Notes: generated from the letters alone by a model not told the origin. DNA of 18,203 nucleotides from Chloroflexota bacterium (GCA_027593235.1 JAQCIU010000049.1:1-18203); one strand, 5' to 3'; shown: positions 1-6,586, counted from the first letter of the stretch. Program-made: numbers and translations.

Positions 1-2
1 CC

Positions 3-587
3 AGCGCGATTCTACCGCCCAACAGTCCCCCCGACGATCCCCGCCAGCCCTTTTTCAGCACCCTGCTAGGGCTTGAGCGCATCTCGTCTCTTGAGATCAG
101 CTTTTTCCCTCCAAAAGTCGCTGTGGGCAGAAACGGCGACCCAACGGCGAGCCCGACGAGGATTCCCGCGAACCTCGAACTGACCGACATCCAAGTGGTC
201 GAAGACAACGCCACCGGCCGCCTGATCATGAAGGTCCGAAATACCGGGGAGGAGTTGGCACTCGTCACGGATGTCGAGATCTCCATCGAGGAGATCACCG
301 GAGCGACCCTGAGCGGTGAGGTCCTTATTTCCCGTCGCTATGACGTCGAGTTTCCATACGCTGCTGACAGTTTCCCCAGAGTGATCCCAGTCGATGTCTC
401 GCAAGTCGTCGCCCCGGTCGGGGCTGACTCGTTTGACTCATTCGAGTTGACCGTCGTGGTCGAAGAGGGCGCACCAAACGGGTTCCGCGACTACACGTTC
501 CGAGCTCGGATTCTCTACAACAAAGATCTGGCGACGCCTTGGTCCGATCCAACGTCGGTCCGAATCTTCACCAGCGAGCGTCCATGA
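3..587 (+). CDS. Hypothetical protein, probably 5'-truncated by the window; C-terminal beta-rich (Ig-like?) region
   Basis: The frame of track ORF 123..587 has no stop back to position 3 (SAILPPNSPPDDPRQPFF...), so the GTG at 123 may be internal. Alternating hydrophobic beta-strand pattern and a 'KVRNTG' turn motif. Visibly more AT-rich than the downstream genes. Confidence 0.6.
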   Translation, partial: SAILPPNSPPDDPRQPFFSTLLGLERISSLEISFFPPKVAVGRNGDPTASPTRIPANLELTDIQVVEDNATGRLIMKVRNTGEELALVTDVEISIEEITGATLSGEVLISRRYDVEFPYAADSFPRVIPVDVSQVVAPVGADSFDSFELTVVVEEGAPNGFRDYTFRARILYNKDLATPWSDPTSVRIFTSERP

Positions 588-625
588 AGCCGCAGGAATC
601 GGAACTGATCATCCGTGCATACGAA

Positions 626-655
626 TTGACGAGGCACCCCCGAGATCGCTAAAGT
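626..655 (+). promoter_or_regulatory. Sigma70-type promoter TTGACG-N18-TAAAGT
   Basis: -35 TTGACG at 626-631, -10 TAAAGT at 650-655; predicts a TSS near 662, just ahead of the SD at 664-677. Confidence 0.7.
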
Positions 656-681
656 GGATCTCAAGAAAGGGGGTGATGCGA

Positions 682-753
682 ATGGCTCATGCTAATAGTC
701 TTCGTTTGAACATGGAGGGTCGGAGCGTCTCAACGGAGGTTGTCTCCACCTAA
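682..753 (+). CDS. 23-aa micro-ORF MAHANSLRLNMEGRSVSTEVVST
   Basis: ATG 682, TAA 751-753, preceded by AGAAAGGGGGTGAT (664-677) at normal SD spacing. Too short for the ORF track. Confidence 0.5.
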   Translation: MAHANSLRLNMEGRSVSTEVVST

Positions 754-784
754 AAGACCCCCTGTTCATAACGGGGACTCTTAC

Positions 785-821
785 GGGCCCGTTCGGCGAA
801 TGCCGACGGGCCCTTTTCTTT
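785..821 (+). terminator. Rho-independent terminator
   Basis: GGGCCCG-T-TCGGC-gaat-GCCGA-CGGGCCC (12-bp stem, one bulge) followed by TTTTCTTT at 814-821. Confidence 0.85.
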
Positions 822-884
822 GCCCGCCCCCTGCCCGGCAGGGGATAGGCTGCGTCGAACGCGCGTCACCTTCGAGGCCTCCCG

Positions 885-1676
885 ATGCCCTTCGACCTCG
901 CCCGCTACCACGCCCGCCTCGCCAGCTCCGCGGTCGGTCGCCGCGTCGAATACCGTGAACAGACCGGCTCGACGATGGACGACGCGCGCGCACTCCGCGA
1001 CGCCGAGCCGACCCTCGCACCGGGCGCCGCCTGCATCGCCGGTGAGCAAACCAGCGGACGAGGGCGCCTCGGTCGCCCCTGGGTCTCCGCGCCCGGCATC
1101 GGCCTCTACGTCACCTACTACCTGCGCCCGCGCGTCACCCCCAACGCCCCGCTGATCTCGCTCGCCGCCGCACTCGCCGTCGCCGAGGCGACCGAGGCCG
1201 TGAGCGACGTTCGCCCCGTCTTCAAGTGGCCGAACGACGTGCTCCACGACGGTCGCAAGCTCTGCGGCATCCTCGCCGAATCGCGCACCGCCGGCGACGC
1301 GCTCGACGTCTTCCTCGGCATCGGCATCAACGTCCGCCCGAACCCGAATCACCCGCCCGAGGTGGCCGCGATCGCCACCAGCCTCGAATCGATCGCCGGC
1401 GTCGCTCCCGCCGTCGAGGACCTCGCAGCCGCCCTCGCGAACGCCCTCGAGCGCCACGTCGCCGCCGTCGACCAGGATCCGGCGGCGGTCGTCGCCGCCT
1501 GGCGCGCGAACCTCGGCACCCTCGGCCAGCCCGTCACCGTCTCGACCGCCGCCGGCGAACTGCAGGGCGAGGCGATCGACGTCGGTCCCCGCGGCGAGCT
1601 GATCGTCATCACGGCGGACGGCGCACGCCACGAAATCTCCGCCGGCGACGTCGTCACCCGCACCCGCGTCGGCTAG
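885..1676 (+). CDS. birA: Biotin--[acetyl-CoA-carboxylase] ligase, monofunctional (no N-terminal HTH)
   Basis: Motifs GSTMD, EQTSGRGRLGRPW, KWPNDV, RKLCGILAE, GIGINV and C-terminal 'SAGDV'; 263 aa, too short for a DNA-binding domain. Confidence 0.95.
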   Translation: MPFDLARYHARLASSAVGRRVEYREQTGSTMDDARALRDAEPTLAPGAACIAGEQTSGRGRLGRPWVSAPGIGLYVTYYLRPRVTPNAPLISLAAALAVAEATEAVSDVRPVFKWPNDVLHDGRKLCGILAESRTAGDALDVFLGIGINVRPNPNHPPEVAAIATSLESIAGVAPAVEDLAAALANALERHVAAVDQDPAAVVAAWRANLGTLGQPVTVSTAAGELQGEAIDVGPRGELIVITADGARHEISAGDVVTRTRVG

Positions 1677-1687
1677 TCGAACGGGCC

Positions 1688-1733
1688 GTCCCCGCGCCCG
1701 CCCGAGGCCTCGGGCGGTGCGCCGCGTAGGGAC
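1688..1733. repeat. GC-rich inverted repeat with a perfect 20-bp palindrome core
   Basis: CCGCCCGAGG|CCTCGGGCGG at 1698-1717, extended by GCGC (1694-1697)/GCGC (1719-1722) and GTCCC (1688-1692)/GGGAC (1729-1733). No U-tract. Confidence 0.7.
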
Positions 1734-1740
1734 ATCGCGA

Positions 1741-1770
1741 TTGACGCTGCGCGGCTGGCCTGCCTAGGCT
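1741..1770 (+). promoter_or_regulatory. his operon promoter TTGACG-N18-TAGGCT
   Basis: -35 at 1741-1746, -10 at 1765-1770; the expected TSS coincides with the ATG at 1778. Confidence 0.7.
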
Positions 1771-1777
1771 CGACTCA

Positions 1778-1864
1778 ATGGACGATCGAACCGCCCGCAC
1801 GACTCACGCGCATCGACATGCACATCTGCATGCCTTGCCGTCGCGCGCGCGAACGTCCCGCTAG
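1778..1864 (+). CDS. hisL: Histidine attenuator leader peptide, 28 aa (MDDRTARTTHAHRHAHLHALPSRARTSR), probably leaderless
   Basis: Five His codons at alternate positions (1805-1831) directly upstream of his genes; ATG 7 nt after the -10 box with no SD; TAG at 1862-1864. Confidence 0.8.
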   Translation: MDDRTARTTHAHRHAHLHALPSRARTSR

Positions 1865-1929
1865 CTCACCGCTCTCGGAACGCCTCGAACTCCGCCGCGA
1901 CGGCCCAGGCCATCGCGGCGTTTCTGTGT
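1837..1929 (+). terminator. Attenuator: conditional terminator (1893-1929) and antiterminator (1837-1845 with 1896-1904)
   Basis: Terminator CGCCGCGA-c-GGC-ccag-GCC-a-TCGCGGCG then TTTCTGTGT. GCCGTCGCG (1837-1845) is the exact complement of CGCGACGGC (1896-1904) in the terminator 5' arm. Confidence 0.78.
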
Positions 1930-1989
1930 CCCCCGGACGCGCCGCGACTACCGCACACCACCGCAGAGGGGCGCTCAACCGAGGCTTGC

Positions 1990-3042
1990 ATGACAATCGC
2001 ACAGACCCCAGCCCGCGCGGACGCCGACGCGTCCGCAAACACGCTCGATGACGGAGGTACCCCGGTGGCCGATTCCTGGCGCAGCAATGGCATGCGCGAG
2101 CTCGATCCCGAGGCGATGCGTCGCTTCCGCCGCGTCGAACGTGAGTTTCTGTCGATCACCGGGGAGCGTGGCTTCGAGGAGATCCGCACCCCCACGATCG
2201 AGCCCCTCCACCTCTACACCACCGCCGGCGCCCTCTCGCCGGAGCTGCTCGACCGCGCCTACTCCTTCCTCGACTGGGACGGCTGGAGCGGCGAGCGCGT
2301 CGTGCTGCGTCCCGACGCCACCGTGCCCGCCGCCCGCTGGTTCGCCGGCAGTGGCCGCTCCGAGGCCCGCGTCAGCTACGTGGAGCCCGTTTACCGCTTC
2401 GAGCCCGGCGACGCCGACCGCGAACTCTGGCAGTGCGGCGTCGAACTCTTCGGCCCAACCGCCGCCGAAGGAGATCCGGAACTGCTCCGCGTCGCCCTCG
2501 ATCTGCTGGAAGCGCTCGGCCTCGAGGATCGCCGTGTCGATCTCGCCCACGCCGGCCTGATCCGTGCCGTCCTCGCCGCCGCCGGCCTCGATCCCACCGC
2601 CCAGATCGCCGCCTACGACCGCATGCTCGAGGGCGATGCATCGCTCATCGAGGAGCTGAGCGCCGCCCGTCCTGAGGGCGCTGGTGCCCTCCGACTGCTC
2701 GCCGATGTCGACGGCGACAGCGTCGGCTACGTCGCCAACCTGCGCACTGCGATGCTCCCCGTCGTCCCCGCCGCCGCGCAGCCGCTCGCCGAACTGGAGG
2801 GCGCCGCGCGCGCCCTCGATGCTCTCGGCGCCAGCTACCGCATCGTCCCCGGCACCGCCTCCAGCTTCGAGTACTACAGCGGCCTCACCTTCCGCATCAC
2901 CGCCGGCGGCGTGAGCTGCATCAGCGGCGGCCGCTACGACGGCCTGACCGCCTCGGTCGGCGGCAGCGCCGTCCCCGCCTCCGGCTTCGCCGCCTCGCTG
3001 TCGAGGTTGGCCACCCTCGTCGCCAACGGCGGCGCCGCATGA
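1990..3042 (+). CDS. hisZ: ATP phosphoribosyltransferase regulatory subunit
   Basis: HisRS-like core (GMRE, EIRTPTIE, LRPDAT, YRFE...ELWQCGVELFG, EYYSGLTF, GGRYDGL, GFA) ending without an anticodon-binding domain; ATGA overlap with hisG. Start could lie slightly downstream. Confidence 0.9.
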   Translation: MTIAQTPARADADASANTLDDGGTPVADSWRSNGMRELDPEAMRRFRRVEREFLSITGERGFEEIRTPTIEPLHLYTTAGALSPELLDRAYSFLDWDGWSGERVVLRPDATVPAARWFAGSGRSEARVSYVEPVYRFEPGDADRELWQCGVELFGPTAAEGDPELLRVALDLLEALGLEDRRVDLAHAGLIRAVLAAAGLDPTAQIAAYDRMLEGDASLIEELSAARPEGAGALRLLADVDGDSVGYVANLRTAMLPVVPAAAQPLAELEGAARALDALGASYRIVPGTASSFEYYSGLTFRITAGGVSCISGGRYDGLTASVGGSAVPASGFAASLSRLATLVANGGAA

Positions 3043-4469
3043 CCGCGACAACCGACGCCACCGCACAGCCGATCCGGGTCGCCCTCCCCCGCGGTGAACT
3101 CCGTTCCCCGCTCGCCGCGCAGCTCGCCGCCATCGACTTCGTCGCAGAGGGCTACGGCGAGGGCTCGCGCTCCTACCGCTTCGAGGTGAACGATCGTCCC
3201 GGCATCCAGGTCCGCGTCTTCTCCGACGAGGACATCCCGATCCAGGTCGCCCTCGGCAACTACGATCTCGCGGTCTGCAGCCGCGCCTGGGTCGACGAGC
3301 TGCTCGTCCGCTACCGCCACGACTCGATCGTCCCGCTGCGCGCCATCGATCTGCCGAGCGAGCCATTGGTCATTGGCGGCGCCGCTGGATCGAGCCTCGA
3401 GGCGATGGCCGCCGCCAGCCCCGTGCGCGTCGCCACCGAGTACCCGAACCTCGCGCAGCACGTGCTCACCCGGCTCCGCATCCCCAACGTGCAGCTCTTC
3501 GAGGTCTGGGCGCAGGCCCAGGCCTGGCCCCCCGACGACGCCGAACTCGCGATCGGCCTCGCCAGCGATCTGGCGAAAGACAACCTCGTCGCCCTCGGTG
3601 AGGCCCACCGCGGCGGCGTCTGGCTGATCGCCAACCGCGAAGCGCTCTCGCAGCGCAACCTCGAAGCTGCGCTCGCGCCGCTGATGCGCCTCCCGCTCGG
3701 CGATGCCGGCTCCGGCGTCGCCTCGCCCAGCCCGCTCCGCCTCGAGGGCGCCCCCACCCCCGCCGCGCGCCCCGCGCGCGACACCTTCCGCATCGCCGTC
3801 CCCGACGGCCACGCGCAGAAGGGCACCGTCCAGGCGCTCGCCGAGGCTGGTATCGCCTTCGACGGCTACACCGAGGATCGCGCCGACCGTTGGCCCCGCT
3901 CCTCGATTCCCGGCGTCGAGGTCAAGATGATGCGACCCCAGGACATGCCGCGCGCCGTCGCCCTCGGCGGCTTCGACATGGCGATGACCGGCCAGGACTG
4001 GCTCGGCGTCTTTGAATCGCTGTTCCCGGCCGCCCCGGTGACCGAACTCTGCGACCTCGGCCGCTCCAACTACCGTCTCGGCGCCGTGGTCTCCGAGGAT
4101 CTCCCGGTCGAAACGATGGCCGAAGCCGTCGCCTACTGGCGTCGCGACGATCCCGCTCGCACCATCCGCCTCGCCTCGGAGTACGCGTCGCTCGCGGACC
4201 AGTACGCGCGCGACCAGCACCTCGGCCGCTACCGCGTCATCCCGCTCTCCGGCGCCTCTGAGGGCTTCGTCCCCGAAGATGCCGAGATCCTGATCGAGGG
4301 CACCGAGACCGGCACGACCTTGAAGGCAAACCGCCTGCGTATGATTGATGTGATCATGGAGTCGACCAACTGCGCGATCGGTCACACCACGCGCCCACCC
4401 GGTCGGCGTGGCGAGCTGCGCGACGAGTTCGTCCAGCGTCTCAGTGACGCGAACAGTCGCGCGGGTTAG
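3039..4469 (+). CDS. hisG: ATP phosphoribosyltransferase catalytic subunit with two tandem short-form HisG units
   Basis: Unit 1: IRVALPRG, EDIPIQVALGNYDLAV, RVATEYPNLA. Unit 2: FRIAVPDG, RPQDMPRAVALGGFDMAMTGQDW, RLASEYASLA, GASEG, ETGTTLKANRL. No C-terminal regulatory domain. Confidence 0.9.
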   Translation: MTATTDATAQPIRVALPRGELRSPLAAQLAAIDFVAEGYGEGSRSYRFEVNDRPGIQVRVFSDEDIPIQVALGNYDLAVCSRAWVDELLVRYRHDSIVPLRAIDLPSEPLVIGGAAGSSLEAMAAASPVRVATEYPNLAQHVLTRLRIPNVQLFEVWAQAQAWPPDDAELAIGLASDLAKDNLVALGEAHRGGVWLIANREALSQRNLEAALAPLMRLPLGDAGSGVASPSPLRLEGAPTPAARPARDTFRIAVPDGHAQKGTVQALAEAGIAFDGYTEDRADRWPRSSIPGVEVKMMRPQDMPRAVALGGFDMAMTGQDWLGVFESLFPAAPVTELCDLGRSNYRLGAVVSEDLPVETMAEAVAYWRRDDPARTIRLASEYASLADQYARDQHLGRYRVIPLSGASEGFVPEDAEILIEGTETGTTLKANRLRMIDVIMESTNCAIGHTTRPPGRRGELRDEFVQRLSDANSRAG

Positions 4470-4481
4470 GGCTCTGCAGGG

Positions 4482-5231
4482 ATGCCGTCGCTCGGTTCCC
4501 ACATGGTGCGCGCTCGGCTCATCGCCGCTGCGCTCGACCTCGAGGAGATCGACGCCGATCGCGGCGCGTTCATCCTCGGCTCCACCGCGCCCGATATCCG
4601 GGTCGTCTCGCGCGGCAATCGCGCCGATACCCACTTCTTCGACCTCGATGACCTCTCGAAGCAGGACTCCGTCGAGCGCATGTTCCTGGCGCACCCGCAC
4701 TTCCGCACGCCCGCCGGCCTCGACGTGGCGACGACCGCCTTCATCGCCGGCTACATCACCCACCTGGTACTCGACGAAGCCTGGATCGAGGAGATCTACC
4801 GGCCGTCGTTCGGCATCTACTCCGACATCGACGCCGATCCGCGCAGCAACGTCCTCGATCGCGTGCTCCAGTACGAACTCGATCGGCGCGACCGCATCGA
4901 CGATCAGTGCCGCCACGATCTGCAGGGGGCGCTCGCCGCGACCGCCCCGCCTCGCGGTATCCCGTTCATCACCGACGACCACCTCGACGAGTGGTTCACC
5001 GTCGTGAGCGACGTCGCCCAGCAGGAACCCGACTACTCGCGCTTCCGCCGCATGATGTCGCGCCACCTCGCCGGCGCCGGCTTCTCCGAAGACGCCATCG
5101 AGGAGTGCTGTAGCGATCCGGAGCTGATCGTCGGCGAAGCAATCGGCGTGGTCTCCCCCGAGCGCATCGAGCGCTTCTGGGAACACGCCGCGGATCTCAT
5201 GCACGACCGGGTCACGCGGTATCTGCGGTGA
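4482..5231 (+). CDS. Zinc-dependent phospholipase C-family (Zn_dep_PLPC-like) protein, function unknown
   Basis: N-terminal MPxxxxH, LGSTAPD, THFF and GYITHLVLDEAW motifs; no signal peptide; GTGA overlap with hisD. Confidence 0.75.
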   Translation: MPSLGSHMVRARLIAAALDLEEIDADRGAFILGSTAPDIRVVSRGNRADTHFFDLDDLSKQDSVERMFLAHPHFRTPAGLDVATTAFIAGYITHLVLDEAWIEEIYRPSFGIYSDIDADPRSNVLDRVLQYELDRRDRIDDQCRHDLQGALAATAPPRGIPFITDDHLDEWFTVVSDVAQQEPDYSRFRRMMSRHLAGAGFSEDAIEECCSDPELIVGEAIGVVSPERIERFWEHAADLMHDRVTRYLR

Positions 5232-6586
5232 CCAGCACCACGGCAAGGACCACCATGCCCTCATTCACCATCGTCGAGGGCGCCGATGCCGCGCGAGCAG
5301 GCGTCCTTCGGCGTGCCCCAATCGGCGACACCGAACTCTCCGAGGCCGTCCGCGCCGGCATCGCTGATCTCTGGGGCGAGCCGCTCAGCGCCGCCGCCCA
5401 CGTCGCGCGCATCCTCGAGGCCGTCGCCACCGAGGGCGATGCCGCGGTCGCTCGCCTCTCCCGGCGCTTCGACGGCTCCGCCTACGATCGCATTGAGGTA
5501 TCACCGGATGAGATCGCCGAGGCCTTTGGCCTCGTCCCCCAGGAGCAGATCGACGCCATCGAGTTCGCCGCGAACCGTGTCCGCCACTACCACCGCGAGC
5601 AGCTTCTTCACGCCCCGCAGAGCTTCAACGCCCGCGGCGCCGGGATGCTCGTGCGCCCGCTGCAGCGTGTCGGCATCTACATGACCGGCTCCGATGCCGC
5701 GTTGCCGTCCTCGGTGCTCCACACCGCGATCCCCGGCGTCGTCGCTGGCGTCGACGAGGTGATCGGCGTTACCGCCGCGCAGGCGGATGGCACCGTCAAC
5801 CCGCTCAAGCTCGTCGCCGCTCGCTTCGCCGGCATCCACCGCATCTTCCGTGCCTCGGGTGCGCAGGCGATCGCCGCGCTCGCCTTCGGCACGGAGACCA
5901 TCCCCCGCGTCGACAAGATCTACGGACCCGGCAACATCTTCGTCACGCTCGCGAAGCAGCAGCTCTTCGGCCGCGTCGGCATCGACGCCATCTACGGCCC
6001 GACCGAGACGCTGGTCATCGCCGACGAATCCGCCAGCATCGACCTCGTCGCGGCGGATCTGCTCGCGCAGGCCGAGCACGATCGCATGGCCACCCCCGTG
6101 CTGATCACCACCAGCCGCGCCGTCGCAGAGGCGACGGCAGTGGAGATCGAGGCCCAGCTCGCAACCCTCGAGCGTGGCGAAATCGCCCGCGCCGCCGTTG
6201 AGCGCGGCGGCGCCGTCGTCGCCGCCGATCTCGAGGAAGCCGTCACCCTCGCGAACGAGTTCGCGCCGGAACACCTCTGCCTGCTCGTCGCCGATCCGGC
6301 CGCGCTGGTCCCGCGCATCCGCAACGCTGGCGGCATCTTCCTCGGCGAGTCATCACCCGAGGTGCTCGGCGACTACACCGCCGGACCCAGCCACGTCATG
6401 CCCACCGGCGGCTCGGCGCGCTTCGCCTCGCCGCTCTCTGTCCTCGACTTCCTCAAGATCACCTCGATCGTCAGCTTCGACGAACACGAGTTGGACCGTC
6501 AGGGCCCGTACGCCGCCACGCTCGCACGCGCCGAGGGCCTCACCGGCCACGCCCGCAGCATCGAACGCCGAATCGAGGGACGCTAA
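5228..6586 (+). CDS. hisD: Histidinol dehydrogenase
   Basis: GAQAIAALAFGTE, GPGNIFVTLAK, GPTE, DLLAQAEHD, APEHL, GDYTAGPSHVMPT. Alternative start ATG 5255 with AAGGA upstream. Confidence 0.96.
   Translation: MTSTTARTTMPSFTIVEGADAARAGVLRRAPIGDTELSEAVRAGIADLWGEPLSAAAHVARILEAVATEGDAAVARLSRRFDGSAYDRIEVSPDEIAEAFGLVPQEQIDAIEFAANRVRHYHREQLLHAPQSFNARGAGMLVRPLQRVGIYMTGSDAALPSSVLHTAIPGVVAGVDEVIGVTAAQADGTVNPLKLVAARFAGIHRIFRASGAQAIAALAFGTETIPRVDKIYGPGNIFVTLAKQQLFGRVGIDAIYGPTETLVIADESASIDLVAADLLAQAEHDRMATPVLITTSRAVAEATAVEIEAQLATLERGEIARAAVERGGAVVAADLEEAVTLANEFAPEHLCLLVADPAALVPRIRNAGGIFLGESSPEVLGDYTAGPSHVMPTGGSARFASPLSVLDFLKITSIVSFDEHELDRQGPYAATLARAEGLTGHARSIERRIEGR

Larger units (their letters stand above)
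662..821 (+). ncRNA. Candidate structured small RNA / micro-mRNA of about 160 nt, family not recognised
   Basis: Bounded by promoter 626-655 and terminator 785-821; contains a 23-bp bulged stem (697-721 with 756-779) and an apical hairpin CAAC-GGAG-GTTG (731-742). Confidence 0.55.

Noticed and set aside
676-753. Alternative in-frame ATG at 676 for the micro-ORF
   Set aside because: It overlaps the SD itself; ATG 682 has normal spacing.
662-821. 6S RNA, tmRNA, SRP RNA or tRNA identity for the small transcript
   Set aside because: No end-to-end rod with a central bubble, no tRNA-like ends or tag ending in AA, no SRP domain IV motif and no cloverleaf seen. 6S is not formally excluded without a covariance-model search.
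1778-1989. T-box riboswitch for the his operon
   Set aside because: No T-box consensus (GGTGGNACC) or stem I motifs; the His-rich uORF with terminator/antiterminator explains the leader.
1818-2051. Track ORF MHICMPCRR... (77 aa) as the leader peptide
   Set aside because: It is a shifted frame of the His-codon run, crosses the terminator and overlaps hisZ; the 1778-1864 frame fits the promoter and carries five His.
1990-3042. Histidyl-tRNA synthetase (hisS)
   Set aside because: No anticodon-binding C-terminal domain, and it is coupled to a short-type hisG, which indicates HisZ.
2934-5264. 776-aa minus-strand ORF and other long antisense or alternate-frame ORFs (e.g. 1975..3366, 6583..7800, 12535..13713, 14268..15632)
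   Set aside because: Shadow ORFs typical of high-GC DNA: they overlap well-supported genes and show no recognisable motifs.
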